From: an uncultured Gemmatimonadales bacterium | Lineage (GTDB): Bacteria; Gemmatimonadota; Gemmatimonadetes; Gemmatimonadales; GWC2-71-9 | DNA length: 64,000 nucleotides | Direction of reading: 5' to 3' | Assembly (NCBI GenBank): GCA_963821525.1 | Contig: CAWGED010000005.1 | Coordinates: 1,152,001-1,216,000, forward strand | In this document: piece after piece, positions 8,122-20,665 of the stretch | Position numbering within the stretch: position 1 is the stretch's first letter | How the letters are laid out: the number at the start of each line of letters is the position of its first letter | Translations under genes and position numbers: made by a program | Notes under the pieces: generated by a model | The model's database searches: none | Told to the model about the DNA's origin: nothing | Seen by the model: only the letters and a program-made list of their open reading frames with translations

Positions 8122-9647
8122 ACCCTCTTGCGCATCCGTGCGGGGAGAATGCCGAGCTGGTCCCGATATTTGGCGACGGTACGACGGGCGATCTGGATAC
8201 CCTGTTCCTGGAACAGGTGGACGATCTGCTGGTCGGTGAGGGGATTCGAGGTGTCTTCCTCGGCCACCATCTTCTGAAGCTTGGCGCGAATGGAGCGGGC
8301 GCTGGCATCCTCGCCGGAGGTGGTGGCCAGCGCGCTGGAAAAGAAAAACTTGAGCGGGAGGACGCCGCGAGGCGTCTGGACATACTTCTCGTTGGTCACC
8401 CGGCTCACGGTTGACTCGTGCATGTTGATCACTTCCGCCACTTCGCGCAGGGTGAGCGGCTTCAGGTGCTCGATGCCCTTCTCGAAGAAGTCCCGCTGCC
8501 GGTCCACGATGAAGTTCATGACCTTGAGCATGGTCTGACGGCGCTGCTCGATGGCCTGAATGAGCCAGTTGGCGCTGTTCATCCGTGAGGCGATGAACTC
8601 GCGGTGCTCCTGGGTCATCTTTTTCTTGTCCCGCGCCAGCTCCTGGTAGGTGCGGCTCAGGCGGAGCCTGGGCACACCGGTATCGTTGAGAAAGACGTGG
8701 TAGCGGCCGTCAATCTTGTCCACGATGAGATCGGGAATGACGTATCCCTCTCCCCCGGCGGAGTACTTGAGTCCCGGCTTGGGATCGAGCTTGGCGAGGA
8801 GATCGGCCGCGGCCTGAACCGCCGCGGGCTCAACCCCGAACCGGCGGCCCAGGTCGTTCCAGCGGTGGGCGATCAGGTCCGGGAACGCCTCAGCCACAAG
8901 GCGGTAGGTGAGAGTGTTGGTCTCCTTGAGTTCGCGGAGCTGGAGCAGGAGGCACTCGCGCAGGTCCCGGGCCGCGACGCCGGCAGGATCGAGCCGTTGG
9001 ACGATCCCCAGCATTTCTTCCACTTCCGCCGCCGTGAAATACGGCATGGGCGGACCGGGCTTTGCCTCTGGCTCCGGCTCAGGCTCGGCATCCATGTCCC
9101 CCGCCTCAGCCAACTCCTCCTCGCTGTCGGGTCGGTTCCGCTCGGCGTAACTGTCGAGCATCTCGTTCGCCAAGCGCTGGATCTCTTCGACCGAGGCGGC
9201 GAGGTACCCGTCTTCCTTGATGTTGCCCAGAAATTCTTCGGAGAGCAGGGCCTGCCGGGGCGTCAGAACCATCATCTGCAACTGCTCGCGGAGATGATCG
9301 ATCAGGTCGGTGGTCTCGACCGAGACCGGCTCGGTGTACTCTTTGTGCTCGTACTCTTCCCTCACGCCACCCGGCACCTCGAAACCGTTGAGCAGGATCT
9401 CTTCCCAATCGGTTTCGTTTTCGTTGGCGGTCTTCTCCTTTTCCTCTTCCTTGGTGGGGGTCTCGGCCGTGGCCTCTTCCTCTTCGGGCTCCACCAGCTC
9501 GAGGAAGGGATTGATCAGCAGCTCCTGCTTCAGGTGGAGCTGGAGGTCCATCATGGGCATGTACAGCATGTCCATGGCCTGATAGAGCCGCGGATTGATC
9601 CGCAGGTCCTGCCGCAGTGTGGCGGTCTGGGAGAGTCCCGTCTTCAC
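8118..9647 (-). CDS. rpoN: RNA polymerase sigma-54 factor
   Basis: RpoN box ARRTVAKYR and HTH LREVAEVINMHESTVSR. Confidence 0.98.
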   Translation of the reverse strand: MKTGLSQTATLRQDLRINPRLYQAMDMLYMPMMDLQLHLKQELLINPFLELVEPEEEEATAETPTKEEEKEKTANENETDWEEILLNGFEVPGGVREEYEHKEYTEPVSVETTDLIDHLREQLQMMVLTPRQALLSEEFLGNIKEDGYLAASVEEIQRLANEMLDSYAERNRPDSEEELAEAGDMDAEPEPEPEAKPGPPMPYFTAAEVEEMLGIVQRLDPAGVAARDLRECLLLQLRELKETNTLTYRLVAEAFPDLIAHRWNDLGRRFGVEPAAVQAAADLLAKLDPKPGLKYSAGGEGYVIPDLIVDKIDGRYHVFLNDTGVPRLRLSRTYQELARDKKKMTQEHREFIASRMNSANWLIQAIEQRRQTMLKVMNFIVDRQRDFFEKGIEHLKPLTLREVAEVINMHESTVSRVTNEKYVQTPRGVLPLKFFFSSALATTSGEDASARSIRAKLQKMVAEEDTSNPLTDQQIVHLFQEQGIQIARRTVAKYRDQLGILPARMRKRV

Positions 9648-10807
9648 GCTGCGTCCTCCAAGCGGGCGCGGAGCCGCGCCGTGAGAGTCGGACCGAGGTA
9701 GAGCTCGGCGACACGGTCATCGAATACCAGATCGCGTACCGGTCCGGAGACCTGCACCTTCCCCTCGAACATGATGTAGGCCCGATCCACGATGTCGAGG
9801 GTCTGCTCGACGTTGTGGTCGGTGATCAATACGCCAATGCCCCGATGCCGAAGCCCGGCGACGATGGTCTGAATGTCGTGTACCGCGATGGGATCGACCC
9901 CCGCGAACGGCTCGTCGAGCAGCATGAACTTGGGGTTGGTCACCAGCGCGCGGGTGATCTCGAGGCGGCGGCGCTCACCACCGGAGAGCGCGTAGGCCTT
10001 GCTTTTCCGCAGGTGCTTGATGGAGAGCTCGTCCAGCAGGGTTTCCAGCCGCGCCCGCCGTTCCGCGCGGGAGAGATCCATCGTCTCCAGAATCGCGATG
10101 ATATTCTCCTCGACCGTCAACTTCCGGAAAACGCTCGGCTCCTGCGCCAGGTACCCAATTCCCTGCCTGGCCCGCCTGTACATCGGGGCGCTGGTGAGAT
10201 CCGCCCCATCGAACAGCACCTTGCCTTCGTCGGGGCGGATCAAGCCGGTAATCAGGTAGAACATGGTGGTCTTGCCCGCGCCGTTAGGGCCGAGCAATCC
10301 TACGATTTCCCCCTGCTGCAACCGGACGCTCACGTCGTCGACGACTTTCCGGCGTTTGAAGGTCTTGCTGAGATTCAAGCCTTCCAGGATGCTGCCGCCA
10401 GGAAGCGGACCCGCCTGATGAACCGATGCCACGTGGGCGCGCATGCCCTGCACTGCGGCCTGCAGCAACTGAAGACGCACGCCATCCCGGTCCCTCAGCG
10501 TCTCGCTCCACCATTCGCCCTGCGCCCGCACCACCGACCAGTCCCGCGCAGGGTTCGCGATCCAGCCCTCATCCGCAAGGCGCGGAAGAACCGAACGAAC
10601 CAGGTTCTCGTGGACCTCATCCTCGGACAGCTCGGGTCCGCTGGGCACCCCGGCATCGGCCAGGGTCTGCAGGAAGGTCTGGCGATAGGACACCGAGAGT
10701 GCCTTGAAGTCCAGAGCGCCCGACAGGTCCGCGTCGCGGGCGAGGGCGGCGAGCGCCAGGGGCAGCGAAGGATCGCGCCCGACGAACCGATCGATCCAGC
10801 CGCTCAC
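9644..10807 (-). CDS. lptB: LPS export ABC ATPase with ~135-aa N-terminal extension
   Basis: GPNGAGKTT, YLAQEPSVFRKL, LSGGERRR, LLDEPFAGVDP, ITDHNV. Lies directly upstream of rpoN. Confidence 0.93.
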   Translation of the reverse strand: MSGWIDRFVGRDPSLPLALAALARDADLSGALDFKALSVSYRQTFLQTLADAGVPSGPELSEDEVHENLVRSVLPRLADEGWIANPARDWSVVRAQGEWWSETLRDRDGVRLQLLQAAVQGMRAHVASVHQAGPLPGGSILEGLNLSKTFKRRKVVDDVSVRLQQGEIVGLLGPNGAGKTTMFYLITGLIRPDEGKVLFDGADLTSAPMYRRARQGIGYLAQEPSVFRKLTVEENIIAILETMDLSRAERRARLETLLDELSIKHLRKSKAYALSGGERRRLEITRALVTNPKFMLLDEPFAGVDPIAVHDIQTIVAGLRHRGIGVLITDHNVEQTLDIVDRAYIMFEGKVQVSGPVRDLVFDDRVAELYLGPTLTARLRARLEDAA

Positions 10808-12129
10808 GTCTGGTTCCCCGCCGCTGAGGAGTCTGCCTTGGTCGTGTCGGCTTTGGTGGCCGCCGGCTCGAGCTGAATCCCGTCCACGTTGCCTCTGATG
10901 TCCACCCGTTCCACGCCCCGATTGCCGGTTGACTTCATCCGCACGGCGATCCGGTCGCCCCTCGAGTAGTTGATCGAAGGACGAGTTTCTCCCTTTTTCG
11001 TGCTGGCGATCCGGTAGTAGGACTTCGCCGTGCCGCTGGCCTCAATGGCGGCCAATGCCGTTTTCGCGGCTCCCGCCGAGTCATACTGGGCAAACCGGGC
11101 CGTCACCGTGTCCCCGCTCATCCAATCGCGTTCGTTCGTTTCGACGTCGATCTTGCCCCCCACCCACGCTTTGCCGAACGACCGAGTCTCTTTCAAGCGC
11201 CGGCCCGGGGTATCGATCGCGAGTGAGTCGGCCCGGATTTCATAGTCGGTCGCCACGGCCAGGGGGCGAATGCTGTCGCCCCAGGCGACGGTTTGCACCA
11301 GTTCCCGGCCAGCGATATCGAGCCCGATCGTGTCGGCCGTCAGGTCCATGTCTTTGGTCACAGCATGTCCGGAGTCCACCGCCGTGACATAGCTCAACTC
11401 CTGGTGATCCAGCTTGAGATCGATCCGCTTGCCGGTCAGCGTGAAGGAATCCTGGCCGGTTCCCTCGACACTGGGCTTGCCGATAAGGGCACCATCATTC
11501 CCTGCACCGGTGTCGAGCCGAAGCGAGTCGCCGCGGGCCTTGAAATCGCTGCGATCGATCGTGACCTGACCTCCGCCCCAGATCCGGTCATTCCCTTTCA
11601 TCCGCACCCGGTCGGCCACGATCACGTACGGTTCGCCGCGGCTACCGGTGGAATCGACCGTCTGGTAGGTGATGGTGGGCCGGCCCACCGAGACCATCTC
11701 GACCGTGTCGCGAGTGCCCTTGATCGCGCGGTAATAGTCGAGCGACGGCCCGACCATCCTGGATCCATTCTGGATGTTCTCGGTCACCACGTTACCACGA
11801 GCTTCCCACCGCTCACCGGACCGGTAGTAGGTGCCGCGGTTGGCATCCATGGTGACCAGCGAATCCCGGTATTTCACCTGACCGATGAACTCCACGATCG
11901 TGCCGCTGCGCCGGCCATAGAACGCGGCGCTGTCGCTCTCCATCGAGACCGAGGTACCCTGACAGGTAATCCGGACGCCGCCACCGGCGTAGTAATTGGT
12001 GTCGCCCCCGACGATGACCTGCTGGCCCAGTCCTCCCACCCGGTCGAGGTGGAACCGGCAGGTGCCGCCCTGGGCTGCGAGCGGCGCCGCCCAGACAAGC
12101 GCGAGGAGTGCCGGTGCGATCCGCATCAT
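10804..12129 (-). CDS. long OstA/LptA-like beta-jellyroll periplasmic protein
   Basis: Signal peptide and repeated OstA-like strands (MESDSAAFY, EARGNVV, IRADSL, MSGDTV). Sits at the lptA position between lptC and lptB. Confidence 0.72.
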   Translation of the reverse strand: MMRIAPALLALVWAAPLAAQGGTCRFHLDRVGGLGQQVIVGGDTNYYAGGGVRITCQGTSVSMESDSAAFYGRRSGTIVEFIGQVKYRDSLVTMDANRGTYYRSGERWEARGNVVTENIQNGSRMVGPSLDYYRAIKGTRDTVEMVSVGRPTITYQTVDSTGSRGEPYVIVADRVRMKGNDRIWGGGQVTIDRSDFKARGDSLRLDTGAGNDGALIGKPSVEGTGQDSFTLTGKRIDLKLDHQELSYVTAVDSGHAVTKDMDLTADTIGLDIAGRELVQTVAWGDSIRPLAVATDYEIRADSLAIDTPGRRLKETRSFGKAWVGGKIDVETNERDWMSGDTVTARFAQYDSAGAAKTALAAIEASGTAKSYYRIASTKKGETRPSINYSRGDRIAVRMKSTGNRGVERVDIRGNVDGIQLEPAATKADTTKADSSAAGNQT

Positions 12130-12743
12130 TGGCCGGGAAGCAGGAACCCGGTGCTATCGCCGGGCTTGGCGTTGGGACGCTGGCCGCCGCGGGGCTGCTT
12201 GGTGACGACATTCCGGAAATCGGGATCGGAGGTGAAGCCATTGCCCTCAAGGTGCTGCTCCGCCCGATCGTAGACGAACGGCTTGTCGGAAGAAATCTTC
12301 TGGCTGCGACTGTCGTACTTGAGCTCCTGGCTCCGCAAGGTGCGGCCGTCGGGCGTCACCGCTACCACATTCCCCCGGGCGTGCATCGATCCGTCCCGAG
12401 TGAGGTACGTCCCTGAATCGGCGGTGACGGTCGAGGTGATTTCTCCAGCCGGACCGTAGAACGTGACCTTCACGCCCCGCATCTCGACCATCTGGGTGTT
12501 TTGATAGACATAGGCGGTGTCGGCTTCGACCAGCGAGCGCCGTAATCCCTGGTCGGTTACATAGTGCTCCATGCCGTACAACACCTGGTCCGCGGTATCC
12601 GAGGCCTCCAGCGTTACCGAGGGACGGACGACCTCTTCCTGGCAGCCGAGCTGGGCGAAACACGCACAGAGCGCGGCGAGGGCGGACAGCCGAAGGGCGT
12701 TCCCCCTTGCCCGCTCATCCCGATTTCCGCATGTGCCGGTCAC
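12126..12743 (-). CDS. lptC: LPS export periplasmic protein LptC
   Basis: VEADTAYVY, VTADSGTY, ARGNVVAV, LEGNGFTSD motifs, operon position and a lipobox-like LGC. Confidence 0.85.
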   Translation of the reverse strand: MTGTCGNRDERARGNALRLSALAALCACFAQLGCQEEVVRPSVTLEASDTADQVLYGMEHYVTDQGLRRSLVEADTAYVYQNTQMVEMRGVKVTFYGPAGEITSTVTADSGTYLTRDGSMHARGNVVAVTPDGRTLRSQELKYDSRSQKISSDKPFVYDRAEQHLEGNGFTSDPDFRNVVTKQPRGGQRPNAKPGDSTGFLLPGQ

Positions 12744-12771
12744 CCCATCGATCTCCTCTCAACCGACTCGT

Positions 12772-13312
12772 CTATCTCTCTCCGCGATCGCTGAGATAGG
12801 TGCGCACCGCTTCTTCCCAGCGTCCCTGGGCCCGAAACAGTGTCTCGATGACCTCTCGCACCGCCCCGCAGCCGCCGCGAGCCGTCGTGGTGTAGGCGGC
12901 AAGCTCCTTTACCTCAGTCACCGCGTTGGCCACTGCGATCGGCAACCCGACTCGGCGTAACACTGGCAGGTCGGCGAGATCATCGCCCACAAAGGCCACT
13001 TCATCCCACCCGATGCCCCGCCGCATCAACATCTCGGTCATCGCGGGAACCTTGCGCGCTTCTTTATCCTGAATCACCTCATCGATCTTGAGCTCGGTGG
13101 CGCGCAATGTCGTGGCGTCCGAGTAACGACCACTTACCAGGGCCACTACCATTCCGAGTCGCCGGGCCAGACCAATCCCGAGCCCGTCCTGAATGTCGAA
13201 TCTCTTGAACTCCACCCGTTGTCCCGCCACCAACCCGAGGTACACCGCGTTGTCGGTGAGCACCCCGTCCACATCGAGTCCAAGCAGCCGGATTCGACCT
13301 GCGACTGCCGGG

Positions 13313-13320
<8 letters not shown>
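12772..13320 (-). CDS. kdsC: KDO-8-phosphate phosphatase (HAD)
   Basis: LDVDGVLTD, DGLGI, VGDDLAD, GGCGAVRE motifs. Confidence 0.92.
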
Positions 13321-16534
<3,214 letters not shown>

Positions 16535-16539
16535 TTCCG

Positions 16540-16568
16540 AACGTAATAGGAGCGCACGGCCCTGTCAA
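16540..16568 (-). promoter_or_regulatory. sigma70 promoter for the kdsB operon (probably leaderless)
   Basis: Minus strand TTGACA-17 nt-TACGTT, then 5 nt, then ATG. Confidence 0.7.
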
Positions 16569-16630
16569 AAGTCGTGCCGAGCCGGGGGAGAGGGCTTGCG
16601 CTTTGGGCTATCAGCCCAAGCCTAAAGGAG

Positions 16631-17248
16631 TTACGACCCGTTGACGGAAGAAGCTGTGGCGAATCCGGCGGTCACGCGCAGAAAGTTGGTGAGTAAGGTA
16701 CGGCCCCCCTCGGTCGCGACGGATTCGGGATGGAATTGCACCCCGAAAATCGGATGAGTCCGGTGACGCAAGCCCATGATCTCGTGTCCACGGGGCCGGT
16801 CCATGGACCAAGCCGTCATCTCGAGTTCCGGCGGGAAGGCGCTGGCAGAGACGACGAGCGAGTGGTACCGCATCGCGGTGACGGGATTGGGAAGCCCGTG
16901 AAAGACGTCGGAACCGACATGAGTCACGCTGGTTGTCTTGCCGTGCATCAGGCGGTCGGCTCGCTCGATCCTCCCCGAGAACGCCGCACCGATTGCCTGA
17001 TGGCCGAGACAGACACCGAGGAGAGGCACTCCGGCATCGGCGGCGGCGCGCACCAGAGGAATCGAGATCCCGGCCTGAGCCGGTGTGCCGGGACCGGGAG
17101 AAATGATGATCCCCGCCGGGGCAAGCCCAATTGCCTCGGCGGGGGTCAGGGTATCGTTGCGGTAGACGACCGGGTCGCCGCCCAGCTCTCCCACGTACTG
17201 CACCAGGTTGTACGTGAAGCTGTCGTAGTTGTCGAGAACCAGGATCAT
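16631..17248 (-). CDS. anthranilate/aminodeoxychorismate synthase component II (TrpG/PabA)
   Basis: LDNYDSFTYNL, SPGPG, GVCLGHQ, RYHSL, QFHPES motifs. Confidence 0.93.
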   Translation of the reverse strand: MILVLDNYDSFTYNLVQYVGELGGDPVVYRNDTLTPAEAIGLAPAGIIISPGPGTPAQAGISIPLVRAAADAGVPLLGVCLGHQAIGAAFSGRIERADRLMHGKTTSVTHVGSDVFHGLPNPVTAMRYHSLVVSASAFPPELEMTAWSMDRPRGHEIMGLRHRTHPIFGVQFHPESVATEGGRTLLTNFLRVTAGFATASSVNGS

Positions 17249-17249
17249 G

Positions 17250-18137
17250 CTAGTTGGGCGGCGTCGGAGGACTCGGCGACGGCGTCGGAGAGACCTTGGT
17301 TTTGACGCCCTGTCGCTTCAGCTCCCTATCCACCTCTCGCTTGATCGAGTCGGCCATCCGCCGGCCGTAGGCCCCGGCGGAGTCCGGATCGGAGAGACTG
17401 GTAACGTTGTGATTGCGAAGTGCGTCAAGCTGAGCCTCGTCCGCCTTCATCCGATCCACCATCGCGCGCATGACAATCCGGACCGAATCTGCCTTGCGCT
17501 GCAGCTTGGGCCGCTGAGCTTGGGGGGCCTGGGCCGAGGAATCCTCAAATTGATCCGCTAGATCCCTCAATTCGTCAACCGAGTCCGACCGGGCATCCAT
17601 CCTGCTCTCAACTTCATCCGCCAGCGAATCATCGGCAGAGGTGATCGAGAAGCCATGGTCATTGAGATTGAACCGGACCTTCTTCAGTTCCTCTACTGAC
17701 TGGGCTGGGAGGAGAAGCGGGACGCTGTCGCCGCTGTTCTTGAAGTACACGTATCCGAACTGCTCAAGATGGGAGCCAACGGTGTCGCCCTTCTCGCACC
17801 GGAAGCTGCTCTTCTCATTGTAGTGCTCGACGTCGTCCACGACGAGGAGGCAGTTCTGGAACTTGTCGGGATGAACACTGTCGGCCAGGGCGACGATCAC
17901 CCGCACGCCGGATACCTGATTCGGTGCGTCTCGAAGCAGGACCACCTTGTTAAGGGAGCCGAGCTTGTGTCCTTCGAGCCGGAAGGGGACGAACGCGATT
18001 GGCAGTGAAATAGGGTCAGTGCTCTCGAACGTGTCGGTGAACTTGGCGCGGGTCTTGTTCACGACGGCTCTGATCACCATCCCAACCGCGAAAACGGCCA
18101 GGGCACCGAGAGCAATCTTTATCCAGTAGTTTCTCAT
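17250..18137 (-). CDS. hypothetical membrane-anchored protein
   Basis: 295-aa ORF: N-terminal TM helix, beta-rich domain, helical C-terminal region. Ends 1 nt before the trpG-like start. Confidence 0.7.
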   Translation of the reverse strand: MRNYWIKIALGALAVFAVGMVIRAVVNKTRAKFTDTFESTDPISLPIAFVPFRLEGHKLGSLNKVVLLRDAPNQVSGVRVIVALADSVHPDKFQNCLLVVDDVEHYNEKSSFRCEKGDTVGSHLEQFGYVYFKNSGDSVPLLLPAQSVEELKKVRFNLNDHGFSITSADDSLADEVESRMDARSDSVDELRDLADQFEDSSAQAPQAQRPKLQRKADSVRIVMRAMVDRMKADEAQLDALRNHNVTSLSDPDSAGAYGRRMADSIKREVDRELKRQGVKTKVSPTPSPSPPTPPN

Positions 18138-18188
18138 ACGATCTATCCGGGATAATAGCCGGCGCGATAGTGTTGCAAAAGGAGACGA

Positions 18189-18959
18189 ATGGAACGGCCG
18201 CTAGGTTTCATCCAGGGAGAGCGACTCGTTGAGATAACTGATCTTACCAAGCTGTACGGCGATCTTCCCGCCGTGCAAGACCTGACGTTTGCGCTTGGTC
18301 CGGGTGAGATCCTTGGGTTGGTCGGCCCCAACGGCGCCGGGAAGACTACCACTTTGCGGTGTCTCTCGGGGGTCATTCCCCCAACCCGGGGCCGGGTCAA
18401 GCTGGCCGGGTTCGACCTGGCGATAGAGCCGATTCGAGCCAAGGCCCAGCTGGCATTCATTCCGGATGAGCCGCAGCTCTTCGACTACTTGACGGTCGAG
18501 GAGCATCTCGTCTTCACCGCCCGGCTCTATGGCGCTTCGGATGCGCTGGATCGGACCGACACGCTGCTCGAAGAGCTGGAGCTGGACGGCAAGCGGCGGA
18601 CTCTGGCCAATGCCCTGTCCCGCGGGATGAAGCAGAAGCTCGCGATCGCGTGCGGATTGCTCCATGACCCGCGCGTCATCCTGCTCGACGAGCCGCTCAC
18701 CGGCCTCGACCCGATGGGGATCCGTCGAATGAAGGCGACGATAGCGGCTCGAGCGCAACAGGGAGCCGCGGTCATTCTGAGCTCGCACCTGCTCCCGTTG
18801 GTAGAGGAGCTTTGCAGCAAGGTCCTGATCATCCAGCATGGACGGATCGTCGCGCTGGGATCGATGGCGGAGATCGCCTCCGAGCGGCCGGAGCTGGCAG
18901 GACGCGGACTCGAGGATCTCTTCCTGGCGCTGACCGACTCCCCACACTCCGAGCGTTGA
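18189..18959 (+). CDS. ABC transporter ATP-binding protein
   Basis: GPNGAGKTT, LSRGMKQK, LLDEP, SSH motifs. Confidence 0.93.
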   Translation: MERPLGFIQGERLVEITDLTKLYGDLPAVQDLTFALGPGEILGLVGPNGAGKTTTLRCLSGVIPPTRGRVKLAGFDLAIEPIRAKAQLAFIPDEPQLFDYLTVEEHLVFTARLYGASDALDRTDTLLEELELDGKRRTLANALSRGMKQKLAIACGLLHDPRVILLDEPLTGLDPMGIRRMKATIAARAQQGAAVILSSHLLPLVEELCSKVLIIQHGRIVALGSMAEIASERPELAGRGLEDLFLALTDSPHSER

Positions 18960-20665
18960 TGCTTAACGCCGCGGTATACCTGGTTTCCCGGAGCCTCAAG
19001 AACTGGCTTCTGGTCCGGCTCCGGAAGCTCACGAGTCCCCGGTACGTCGTCGCACTCCTGTTGGGAGTAGCGTATCTCTGGTTCTTTCTGGGTCTGCGGC
19101 ACCTCAGTCCCAGCCAATCGCCGGGTGGTGCCGAGACCGCCAGCCGGGTCGGGGCACTCCTCCTGCTTCTCGCGATCCTCCGCTGGTGGGTCTTCGGAGC
19201 CGACCGAACCGCCCTCGCCTTCAGCCCGGCAGAGATTCAGTTCCTGTTCCCCGCCCCGGTAACCCGAAGACAGCTCATTCTTTTCAAGCTGCTTCGGGCT
19301 CAGGTTCTTCTCCTGGTAAATGTGCTGGTGTGGACGGTGCTCATCCGCCGGAGCAGCACGGCCTCAGCAACTCTGCTTCACGCGTTCGCGCTCTGGGTGC
19401 TGTTCTCGACCTTGTTCCTCCATCGGCTGGGAGCGGCTCTAGTGCGCTCGGAAGCCAGAGAGCGAGTTCGCAGCAGGCCCAGAGCCCTAGGCGCTGCCGC
19501 CATGGGCGTGGTGATCGTTCTCATCGCGGCTCTACTCGGCGTTCAACTGTCGGGTGTTGCTCTTTCTCTTCCCGGCGGATCGTCACTCGAATTGCTCCGT
19601 CGAGCCTGGCAATGGCTCGGCACTCCGCTTGGACATGCCTTGCTTTACCCCTTCCGGCTGTTGCTCGCGCCGGTTATGGCGACGACGCTCTCGACCTGGG
19701 CCCACGCGATGGTTCCCGCGCTGGCTCTGCTCGGGATGCATCTGATCTGGGTGATCCGGGCGGATCGGGCATTCGAGGAGTCGGCGCTCGAAGCCAGCCA
19801 ACGCAGGGCCGAGCTGATGGAGCGCTGGAGACGCGAAGGACGTCCGGCGATTCCTCAGGAAGGGCGGGTCCGGTTGAGTCTTCCATTGAAGCCGTCGGGT
19901 CATCCGATACCCGCGCTGGTCTGGAAGAATCTGATCAAGACCATCCGCGAAGACCGGCCCTCCATGCTCTTTGCGGCTGTGGTGGTGCTGGTGGTTGGTG
20001 CAGCGATCGGTCTGGTGGGGGACGGTCGAGAAGGGGCGGCCTCGATTCTCTTTGCGCTGGGAGCCTCGTGGGTGGTACTCCTGGTCTTCTTCGGACCCCA
20101 GTGGATCCGGAACGACCTGAGGGCAGATCTGTCCCGTCTATCGGTACTCCGGACATTCCCGATGTCGGGGGCGACGCTCATGACTGGCGAGGTCATCTCC
20201 TCGGCGGTGGTCCTCTCGATCTATCAATTGATGCTGCTTGCGGTCACGGCCGGCGGTGCGCTGGGCGCGACTCGGCTAGGCTTACCTCCGGGCCAGGTGG
20301 TCCTGGGACTGGCCGTGGCCGTGTTTGTCGTCCCGGCCCTCAACGTCGTCGCGATGGGAATCCAGAATGGGGGAGCCCTGCTATTCCCCTCCTGGGTGCG
20401 AAGTGATATGCGCCCGGGAGGTGTCGAGGCTCTGGGACAACATCTGATCTCCGGTACACTCTGCCTTCTGTTGCTCGTCGTGGCCGCATTGCCGCCCGCC
20501 GTGATCGGCTACGTCATTGCCCTTCTGGTCTATCCATCGTGGGGTTCGGCGGCACTGGTTCCGGCGACTCTGCTGGCTGTCGCCGGGCTCCTTCTCGAAG
20601 CATTTCTGCTGCTCGATTGGCTGGGCGGCAGATTCGATTCCCTGGATCTCTCCGAGCTTGCCTGA
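18959..20665 (+). CDS. putative ABC exporter permease
   Basis: Many TM helices, AEIQFLFPAPVTRRQL and ALVWKNLI motifs. ATG at 18959 overlaps the ATPase stop. Confidence 0.8.
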   Translation: MLNAAVYLVSRSLKNWLLVRLRKLTSPRYVVALLLGVAYLWFFLGLRHLSPSQSPGGAETASRVGALLLLLAILRWWVFGADRTALAFSPAEIQFLFPAPVTRRQLILFKLLRAQVLLLVNVLVWTVLIRRSSTASATLLHAFALWVLFSTLFLHRLGAALVRSEARERVRSRPRALGAAAMGVVIVLIAALLGVQLSGVALSLPGGSSLELLRRAWQWLGTPLGHALLYPFRLLLAPVMATTLSTWAHAMVPALALLGMHLIWVIRADRAFEESALEASQRRAELMERWRREGRPAIPQEGRVRLSLPLKPSGHPIPALVWKNLIKTIREDRPSMLFAAVVVLVVGAAIGLVGDGREGAASILFALGASWVVLLVFFGPQWIRNDLRADLSRLSVLRTFPMSGATLMTGEVISSAVVLSIYQLMLLAVTAGGALGATRLGLPPGQVVLGLAVAVFVVPALNVVAMGIQNGGALLFPSWVRSDMRPGGVEALGQHLISGTLCLLLLVVAALPPAVIGYVIALLVYPSWGSAALVPATLLAVAGLLLEAFLLLDWLGGRFDSLDLSELA

